Source: an uncultured Steroidobacteraceae bacterium (lineage in GTDB: Bacteria; Chloroflexota; Limnocylindria; QHBO01). From it: a DNA stretch of 47,353 nt. Where the stretch lies: contig CAYXZN010000001.1 in assembly GCA_964469325.1 (NCBI GenBank), positions 1 through 47,353 on the forward strand, read 5' to 3'. Below the pieces are notes generated by a model. It made no database searches, was not told the DNA's origin, and was given only the letters and a program-made list of their open reading frames with translations. The translations under genes were made by a program, and so were the position numbers. Of this stretch, positions 40,053-47,353 are shown in pieces; the stretch's first letter is position 1, and each line of letters opens with the position of its first letter.

Positions 40053-42965
40053 TCAGGTCCCGCCGCGGCGGCGCCGGGCCAGGCGCTCCGCCAGCGTCTC
40101 TCCGGGGGGCTCTGCCCGCTCGGCGTGCGGTTCATCCGGGACGGGAGGCGGCTCCGGTGCCGGGATCCGCCCGGCACCCGCTTCTCGGGCCGATGGTGGC
40201 TCGTCCCCTGGCGGCTCCGGCCGAGCGGTCATCGCCACCCGGGCGTTCCGCGCCCCGGTGCGCTCCCTGGCGGCGCGGAGCTCGGCCAGGCCGGGCAGCG
40301 GCTGGGCCGCCGGCGCCGACAGCCCCAGCCGTCGCCAGAGCCAGCCACGCGCTGTGGCGAAGTCGCTGCGGGCGATGGCCACGCGTCGTACCCCGATGTC
40401 CACCGGAACCAGCAGCAGGGCCACCACGAGCAGCCAGGGCCAGATCGGCGCCGGGAACGAGGCGGCCTCGATGTCGTGCCGCCAGACCGGCTCGATCTCG
40501 TCGAGCCTCAGCTGCCGACCGCCCCCAGCGGCGGCCATCCCCGCCAGCGCCTCGCGATCGACGCCCAGGCGCCGGTACTCATCCGCTGTCGGGCTGACGA
40601 TCCCCAGGGTGCGGCTGGCGGGCTGTGCCCCCTCCCGCGTCTGGGCCACCCGGACCAGGTACGCACCGGGGTCATCGGCCTGGATGGTCCCGGCGTACCG
40701 GCCCGGCCCGACCTGCTCGAGGACGGCCTGGACCGGCGCGAGATCGGGACCGACCAGGCGCAGAACCGTCCGGTAGAAGTTGCGCGGCGTCCCTTCGTCG
40801 TCGAGCGAGGTGACCTCGACGTGGAGACGGCCCTCGCTCCCCGGCGTGAACTGCACGTCGATCCCCTGCGCGTCCTGTGGAGGCAGCGTCCACGACACCA
40901 GCTGGGCGGCGAGGGTGCCGAACGACTCGGTCCCGATCCACTCGGTCGCCCACTGCTGCCGCGCGTCCGAGGTCCACGCCGCCGCGCGTCCCAGGCCGTA
41001 CTGCCACTGGGCCAGCAGCGGGTCCTCGCGTCCCGTCAGCAGCGCAACGCTGGCCGTCCCCTTGGCGGTGGTGGCGTTGTAGCCGAGCAGCGGCGGCAGG
41101 CGGCCCGCGTCGAGCCCGCGCAGGATCTCCGACGGGGCCGATGGGATCGGCTGGAACGGCTCCTCTACGATCTGCTCGCCCGCGGTGCGGATCGTCTCTC
41201 GCAGGAAGATGTCGGGGATGGTGGTGGCGTCGGCGGCGTCGTAGTACCGGCCCCCCGACTGCTGCGCCAGCCGCTCCAGCACGCCCGCCGACCCGCCGCC
41301 GGTGCCGATGGTGGACAGGGTGATCCCCGCCTCGCGCATGTCGGCCAGCAGCTGGTCGTAGGCCCCTGACTGCGACCAGCCGTCGGTGATGAGGATGATG
41401 TGCCGCAGCTTGGCCGGGTTGCGGACCAGGTCGTCGTAGGCGGCCTTCAGCCCGGCGTAGATGTTCGTCTGGCCATCGGCTGCGAAGCCAAGGGAGGCCT
41501 GGAGGACGGCCGGGTCGATCGGCCCGGTACGCAGTGCCCAGTGCGCCTGCTCGTCGAACGCGACCACGCCGATCTGGTCGCTCGGCGCCAGCGCGTTCGC
41601 CGCGCGCAGGATCGCCTCCTTGGCGATGTCCACCTTCTCGAACCCGCGCGTGCCGCTCGGGTTGGCGAGGTCGCGGTCGTCCCCGGTGCAGTGGCAGTCG
41701 GCCATCGAGCCGCTCTTGTCGACGACCGCCACCAGCGCCACGTCCGGCGACCGCTCGCGGTCGCGGACCGTCATGTACACCGGGAGCGTCTCCTCCAGCG
41801 GGGTGTTCAGGTAGCCGCCCGCCCCGTAGCTGTTCCGGCCGCCCAGCATCACCAGCCCCTTGCCGAGGTCGCGGACGAAGACCTGCAGGGCGGCCATCGC
41901 GTCGATGCCCAGCTGCGCGGCGGTCACGTTGTCGAGCACCACCGCGTCGTAGCCCGCCAGCGTGGCCAGCGAGGCGGGGACGCCGCCCGCCGTCACCACC
42001 GTCACGTCGTGCCGGGCCGCTTCAAGCGCGGCGACCAGGTCGCCGGCGCGTGCGACGTCGTCGGTGGCGAGGAGCACCTGCGGCGGACCGTGCACCAGCA
42101 CGTAGGCGTCGGCGGCGTTGTTCTCGGCGAAGTGGTCCGTGCCCGACTCGATGACGGCGCGGAAGACGTGGAAGCCGGGCTCGTCGAGCCGCACGCGGAA
42201 CGTCAGCGCTTCGCTGCCCGGAACCAGGTCGAGCTGCTCGGACGCCTGGGTGCGCCCGTCGGCCAGCAGGCGCAGGGTGGCCGCTGCCTCGACCGTCGTG
42301 CGCAGCCGGACGGTCACGTCCACCGTCTCCCCGACCCGCGCTCCGGCCGGAGCGTCCACGGCATCGACCAGGACCTCGGCGTGGGACGCCCGGCCGGGGA
42401 GCGCCACGTCGAGGCGGATCCCGGCCGCGGCCGCCGCCAGGATCGCGTCGCCCGCCTGTCCCGCGGTGTCGTTGCCATCGGAGAGGAGCACGATCCGGCG
42501 CTGGGTGCCGGCCGGGAAGATGGCTGTCGCCAGCCGGACCGCAGCTCCGATGTCGGTCGCGCCGGCGACCGGCAGCGACTCGGGCGGCCCCAGCTCGGGT
42601 ACGTCGCTGGGAAGCCGATCGACCAGCGCGTTGCCCCCGAAGACCACCACGCCGGCGAGGTCGGCCTCCGGCATCTGCGCGACCGCGTCGCGCGCGAACT
42701 CCACCAGCTCCTCGCGGGTCCCGTCGGGCATGGAGTCCGAGCCGTCGACCAGGAAGACCACGCTCAGCCGATCCGACGGGAGCGTCAGCCGAGCCCCCGC
42801 CAGCGCGCCGACCAGGCAGGTGACCAGTAGCAGGCGCAGGACCAGCGAGGCGGCCCGACGGCCGGGCGGCAGCATGCGTGAGGCGACCAGCCAGCCCGCC
42901 ACCACCACGCCGACGGCGGGCAGCAGCAGCCAGAGCCAGATCGGCTCGGCGAAGCCGATCGGCAT
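40053..42965 (-). CDS. Large membrane protein with two vWA domains (Bat-operon-type, possibly with a GATase1-like module)
   Basis: The real start is ATG 42965 (MPIGFAEPIWLWLLLPAVGVV..), overlapping the upstream stop by 1 nt (TGATG). 970 aa. There are N-terminal TMs, two MIDAS-type motifs (VVFLVDGSDSM and VAVVDKSGSM), a late TM (PIWPWLLVVALLLVPVDIGV) and a Pro/Arg-rich tail. Confidence 0.75.
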   Translation of the reverse strand: MPIGFAEPIWLWLLLPAVGVVVAGWLVASRMLPPGRRAASLVLRLLLVTCLVGALAGARLTLPSDRLSVVFLVDGSDSMPDGTREELVEFARDAVAQMPEADLAGVVVFGGNALVDRLPSDVPELGPPESLPVAGATDIGAAVRLATAIFPAGTQRRIVLLSDGNDTAGQAGDAILAAAAAGIRLDVALPGRASHAEVLVDAVDAPAGARVGETVDVTVRLRTTVEAAATLRLLADGRTQASEQLDLVPGSEALTFRVRLDEPGFHVFRAVIESGTDHFAENNAADAYVLVHGPPQVLLATDDVARAGDLVAALEAARHDVTVVTAGGVPASLATLAGYDAVVLDNVTAAQLGIDAMAALQVFVRDLGKGLVMLGGRNSYGAGGYLNTPLEETLPVYMTVRDRERSPDVALVAVVDKSGSMADCHCTGDDRDLANPSGTRGFEKVDIAKEAILRAANALAPSDQIGVVAFDEQAHWALRTGPIDPAVLQASLGFAADGQTNIYAGLKAAYDDLVRNPAKLRHIILITDGWSQSGAYDQLLADMREAGITLSTIGTGGGSAGVLERLAQQSGGRYYDAADATTIPDIFLRETIRTAGEQIVEEPFQPIPSAPSEILRGLDAGRLPPLLGYNATTAKGTASVALLTGREDPLLAQWQYGLGRAAAWTSDARQQWATEWIGTESFGTLAAQLVSWTLPPQDAQGIDVQFTPGSEGRLHVEVTSLDDEGTPRNFYRTVLRLVGPDLAPVQAVLEQVGPGRYAGTIQADDPGAYLVRVAQTREGAQPASRTLGIVSPTADEYRRLGVDREALAGMAAAGGGRQLRLDEIEPVWRHDIEAASFPAPIWPWLLVVALLLVPVDIGVRRVAIARSDFATARGWLWRRLGLSAPAAQPLPGLAELRAARERTGARNARVAMTARPEPPGDEPPSAREAGAGRIPAPEPPPVPDEPHAERAEPPGETLAERLARRRRGGT

Positions 42966-44908
42966 CAGCGGTCTCCGCCGCCGGCCGCGCGCGTCGGCAG
43001 GCGTCGCAGGCTGCCGAAGCGGCGAGCCGTGCGCTCGAGGCTGCGGCGCGTCGGCCGGTGGAAGAGCAGCCACTCGGCGGACAGCAGCAGCAGCACGGCG
43101 AGCGCGAACGGCCACCACCACTCGAGGCGAGCCGGCTGCCCGGCCTCGTCGGGATCGGCGGGACGGCCGAGGTCGGCGATTCCGGTCGGGTCGCCGGGGG
43201 CGACGTCCGACTCGGTGGCGTCGAACAGGTTGGCGGCGACCCGTCCGACGAGCTCCCCGCCGGCCGTGCGCACCTCGCGGATCCCGACCGCCGTCGCACC
43301 GGGGAGCGTTCCTCGCCCGCCGACCAGGGCCACCTCGCGGTCAGCACCCGCCTCGCGCAGGGTGACCGATCCGATGGCGGGGTCGAGCGCGATGGCGATC
43401 GGCTGGCCGAGCGCGGCCGATGGCGGCAGGACGCCGTCGGTCGGCGGGACCAGGAAGTCGACCAGGTTGCTGACCAGCAGCGGAAACGCGACCTGGAGCG
43501 GCAGATCGGACTCGCCGAGGGCGAAGGTCACCACCGCGAGACTGCGGCCATCGACCCGACCCACCGCCAGCAGCGGCTCGCCGCGCGGGGTCTCGACCAC
43601 CGGCCGCATCCCCTCGGCCAGCGTCACCTGCCGGGCACGTCCGACGTGGACGGCGGCCAGATCGACGAAGCGGAGCAGCGGCTCCGCCGGATCGGTCTGC
43701 CCGATCGCCGGCGAGGCGAGCGTGCGTCCCACCTCTCCGTAGGGTCCGTCGTCGTCGGGCCCGACGTAGAGCGCGGCTGCCTCGGGCGGCTGGGGCGGGA
43801 CGAAGCGGTCGAACACGACCAGGGCGTAGGGGCTATCGGCCTCGGTGGCCTCCTCCAGCGCATCGGCGTAGCCGGTCGGCCCGACCGCGTACAGCTCGAG
43901 ACGGGGGAGGAGGGCGAGAGCGCTCTCGAGGTAGGCGTTGCCATCGCTGACCAGCAGCGCCCGCATCGGCGCCGACTGCGGCACCAACGCGAAGGCGCGG
44001 TCGTCGACGGCCAGGGCGTCCGTCCCGGCCAGCCGAGCCTCGACCACGCGCGCCGCCGCCGGCACGCTCGCGACGATCGCCTCGCTCCGCTCGCCCGCCG
44101 GGATGGCCAGGTCGCGCGCGTCCACCAGCACGTCATCCGCGTAGATCTCGAGTCGACGCACCGCCTCGCCGGCCGACGGGTTGGAGACCGCCACGAAGAG
44201 GTCGAGCTGGGCGCCGCCGGCGCGGCGCAGCACCGACAGGGCCGCCACCGCCTGGTTCGCGTCGCTCTCGCCGACACGCTCCACCAGCACCGGGGCCCCG
44301 ACACCGCCGCCCGGAAGGCGGGCGACGTTCGCATCGCTCACCACCACCACGGTCGAGTCCGCGTCGCGCGCCGCGAGCGCTGCGGCGAGGGCGAAGGCGT
44401 CGCTCAGGTCACCGGGCAGCTGGCTCGCCTCCAGCCGGCCGATCGCGTCGTGCGCGGCGGAGCGGTCGTCGGTCTCCGACACCAGCACGTGCGCGGTGTC
44501 GTCCGCGGCCACCACCGTTACCCGCCCGCCCTCCGGCAGACGGTCCACCACGCGGTGCGCGGCCGCTCTCGCCAGCGCCATCCGTTCACCGGAGCGGTCG
44601 ACCGTGCCCATCGAGGCGCTGGTGTCGACGATCAGGACCACGTTGGCGGCGAGGTCCGAGACCGCGGTGGTGAACGGCCGCACCGCCGCCAGCACGAGCA
44701 GCAGGGCGAGGAGGAGCTGGATCAGCAGCAGCCAGCTGAACCGGAGCCGCTGCCACGGGGCGTTGGCCTCGGTGTCGTGGAGCAGCTGCTGCCACAGGAA
44801 GGTGGACCCGACCGGCACGTCGCGGCGGCGCAGCCGCAGCATGTAGAAGGCGATGATCACCGGCAGGGCCAGCAGGCCCAGCAGGGCGAGGGGCGCCGCG
44901 AGGCTCAC
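42965..44908 (-). CDS. BatA-like protein: aerotolerance-regulator N-terminal TM domain plus vWA domain
   Basis: 647 aa. The N-terminus MSLAAPLALLGLLALPVIIAFYMLRLRRRDVPVGSTFLWQQLL matches the BatA_N pattern. The vWA MIDAS motif is VVLIVDTSASMG. There is a C-terminal TM (WWWPFALAVLLLLSAEWLLF). Confidence 0.78.
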   Translation of the reverse strand: MSLAAPLALLGLLALPVIIAFYMLRLRRRDVPVGSTFLWQQLLHDTEANAPWQRLRFSWLLLIQLLLALLLVLAAVRPFTTAVSDLAANVVLIVDTSASMGTVDRSGERMALARAAAHRVVDRLPEGGRVTVVAADDTAHVLVSETDDRSAAHDAIGRLEASQLPGDLSDAFALAAALAARDADSTVVVVSDANVARLPGGGVGAPVLVERVGESDANQAVAALSVLRRAGGAQLDLFVAVSNPSAGEAVRRLEIYADDVLVDARDLAIPAGERSEAIVASVPAAARVVEARLAGTDALAVDDRAFALVPQSAPMRALLVSDGNAYLESALALLPRLELYAVGPTGYADALEEATEADSPYALVVFDRFVPPQPPEAAALYVGPDDDGPYGEVGRTLASPAIGQTDPAEPLLRFVDLAAVHVGRARQVTLAEGMRPVVETPRGEPLLAVGRVDGRSLAVVTFALGESDLPLQVAFPLLVSNLVDFLVPPTDGVLPPSAALGQPIAIALDPAIGSVTLREAGADREVALVGGRGTLPGATAVGIREVRTAGGELVGRVAANLFDATESDVAPGDPTGIADLGRPADPDEAGQPARLEWWWPFALAVLLLLSAEWLLFHRPTRRSLERTARRFGSLRRLPTRAAGGGDR

Positions 44909-45840
44909 GACACGACCCTCCGCCGGCGCAGGACGTCGAACAGCAGGTCGGACAGGTCGCCGTCGCTGGGCACGCTGACGTAGGCGCCGCCGCGCCGCGC
45001 GCAGAAGGCGGCGATCTCCGCCTGCCAGTCGGCGAGGCGGGACCGGTAGCGGTCGACCAGGTCCGCGTCGCCGCTCACCTCCACCGTGGCGCCGGTCTCG
45101 CTGTCGACCAGCCGTGCATCGGCGGGCACATCGGGGTCCAGCTCCTCGGGAGCCAGGACGTGGAGCACCGACAGCTGGCAGCGGGTCCCGGCCAGGTCGC
45201 GCAGCGCGTCGAGGTAGCCGGGGTCCATCAGGTCGCTGATCAGCAGCAACGGGCCGCGTCCCCGGAGTCGCGCGGCGTAGTCGCGGGCCGCGTCGGCCAG
45301 ACCCGTCAGCCGCATGGCCGGGGGTGCGGCCAGGAACCCGAACAGGTCGAAGACCCGGCCCTTGCCGCGGATCGGGCGCCCCATGCTGGCCGCCCCGTCG
45401 CCCAGGAAGGCCAGGCTGACGCGGTCGAGGTGCGCCAGGCCGATGTACGCCAGAGCCGCAGCGGCTCGCCGCGCGAAGTCGAGCTTGTTCGGCTCGCCGA
45501 AGTCCATCGATCGACTGGCGTCGACCAGGACGTGGACGGTGACGTCCTCCTCCTCGACGAAGAGCTTGATGAAGAGCCGCTCCAGCCGCGCGTACACGTT
45601 CCAGTCGAGCTGGCGCAGGTCGTCGCCCGACGCGTAGTTGCGGTAGTCGGCGAACTCGACGCTCTGCCCGCGACGCACGCTGCGCCGCTCGCCCTTCATG
45701 CGTCCCGCGGTGAGACGCCGCGAGGCGAGCTCGAGCTGCTCGAGGCGTCGCAGGAAGGCCTCGTCGAAGAGCCGATCTGCCTCGCCGCCGACGGTGGAGG
45801 CGGCGCGATCGAGCGCCGGAGGGCGAGTGGGCGCGCTCAT
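44905..45840 (-). CDS. DUF58-family (vWA-like) protein, MoxR partner
   Basis: 311 aa. The block GERRSVRRGQSVEFADYRNYASGDDLRQLDWNVYARLERLFIKLFVEE..VLVDASRSM is the canonical DUF58 core. It overlaps the BatA-like gene by 4 nt. Confidence 0.88.
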   Translation of the reverse strand: MSAPTRPPALDRAASTVGGEADRLFDEAFLRRLEQLELASRRLTAGRMKGERRSVRRGQSVEFADYRNYASGDDLRQLDWNVYARLERLFIKLFVEEEDVTVHVLVDASRSMDFGEPNKLDFARRAAAALAYIGLAHLDRVSLAFLGDGAASMGRPIRGKGRVFDLFGFLAAPPAMRLTGLADAARDYAARLRGRGPLLLISDLMDPGYLDALRDLAGTRCQLSVLHVLAPEELDPDVPADARLVDSETGATVEVSGDADLVDRYRSRLADWQAEIAAFCARRGGAYVSVPSDGDLSDLLFDVLRRRRVVS

Positions 45841-45847
45841 CGGCGCC

Positions 45848-46861
<1,014 letters not shown>

Positions 46862-46868
46862 GGTTCGG

Positions 46869-47353
46869 TCACTCCAGCGGTTCGAGGCGGGTGAAGTAGT
46901 CGCGCACGAGATCCTTCAGCGTGATCGGCACCTGCTGGCGCTCCAGCTGGCCGTTGGCGAAGTCGCGGAAGAGGTCGAAGACCGCCCGGTAGGGGACCAG
47001 GCTGTCATTGTCGAAGCCGGTGCCGCTCCCACTGCCGGTCTGGTCGGTGCCGCCGTCGCCTCCCTGGCCGGCCACGAAGCTCGGCTCGCCCGGGCGGCCG
47101 ATCCGGTCGAACGGCGCGTAGAAGTCGGTCTCGCCGACGTCGAACGGCTTGTTGTCCTGCGTCGGGCCATCGAAGCCACCCGTTCGCTGGCCCCCGCTTG
47201 GGATGCGCCGCACGGTCGCGCCGCCGCCGGAGCCGGGCTGGTTGCCAGTGCCGGGCTGCGTCCCCGGCTGGTTGCCGGTCCCCGGCTGGTTGCCGGTCCC
47301 CGGCTGGCCCGATGAGCCCGGCTGGCCCGATGAGCCCGGCTGGCCCGATGAGC
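46869..47353 (-). CDS. Partial CDS (5' end outside window): Gly/Pro/Gln-rich hexapeptide-repeat protein with a conserved-looking C-terminal tail; first visible gene of the MoxR operon
   Basis: The track lists 46869..47213, but I translated the same frame upstream and it stays open to the window end (..SSGQPGSSGQPGSSGQPGTGNQPGTGNQPGTQPGTGNQPGSGGGATVRRIPSGG..). It ends ..VPITLKDLVRDYFTRLEPLE, 7 nt before the moxR start. Confidence 0.6.
   Translation of the reverse strand, partial: SSGQPGSSGQPGSSGQPGTGNQPGTGNQPGTQPGTGNQPGSGGGATVRRIPSGGQRTGGFDGPTQDNKPFDVGETDFYAPFDRIGRPGEPSFVAGQGGDGGTDQTGSGSGTGFDNDSLVPYRAVFDLFRDFANGQLERQQVPITLKDLVRDYFTRLEPLE
47232..47353. repeat. In-frame 18-nt tandem repeat array (at least 6 units, continues past window end)
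   Basis: The unit CCCCGGCTGGTTGCCGGT occurs at 47262..47279 and 47280..47297 (identical). The variants (C/G)CCCGGCTGGCCCGATGA occur at 47298, 47316 and 47334. Degenerate units occur at 47232..47261. On the minus strand they encode GTGNQP and GSSGQP hexapeptides. Confidence 0.9.

Noticed and set aside
47232-47353. Possible CRISPR array or mobile-element terminal repeat at the right edge
   Set aside because: The repeats are contiguous 18-mers with no spacers. They are in frame with a CDS and encode hexapeptides, so this is a coding tandem repeat and not a CRISPR array or IS end.

Overview
This is a 47.35-kb, gene-dense bacterial chromosomal segment that is visibly very GC-rich (about 70% by eye, not computed). 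It looks Actinomycetota- or Chloroflexota/Thermomicrobia-like: Tat plus lipobox signals, frequent GTG/TTG starts, and many ATGA/GTGA-coupled genes. I can support about 41 CDSs. I saw no rRNA, tRNA, CRISPR array, IS element, transposase or integrase.

Layout:
- (1) 1-5990, minus strand: a polyamine module, transcribed as potA, a binding protein, potB, potC, a MerR+XRE+cupin regulator and a class-III aminotransferase.
- (2) 6300-8494: a secreted glucuronyl C5-epimerase-like protein and an acyl-CoA dehydrogenase.
- (3) 8646-35830: five operons. These are a LivHMGF-type ABC importer; SDR/MBL/Zn-ADH; an 8-gene operon carrying two atypical PEP-utilizer phosphohistidine proteins, an HprK-like P-loop protein, a GntR regulator, a three-subunit molybdenum hydroxylase and a cyclase-family hydrolase; transaldolase/cupin/split transketolase; and a fused E1 alpha-beta plus E2. 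A second GntR paralogue and a PPP phosphatase also sit in this block.
- (4) 35880-37832: acetoacetyl-CoA synthetase.
- (5) 37874-40048: a membrane-anchored FG-GAP-like exoprotein.
- (6) 40053-47353, minus strand: a MoxR / DUF58 / BatA-like / double-vWA operon, preceded by a partial Gly/Pro/Gln hexapeptide-repeat protein.

The most interesting signal is in block (3). An AT-rich operator built from TCGATNN heptads occurs five times. Two 26-nt copies are identical (13623 and 26959), two 15-nt copies are identical (13719 and 27073), and a fifth copy matches 13/15 (32217). Four of the five are fused to a sigma70-like promoter. This ties the operons into one candidate regulon. Its core is a PEP-synthase-like phosphotransfer system with no PEP/pyruvate TIM-barrel domain, and the regulon has no conventional sugar kinase. 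All functional calls rest on motifs I read by eye; no searches were run.
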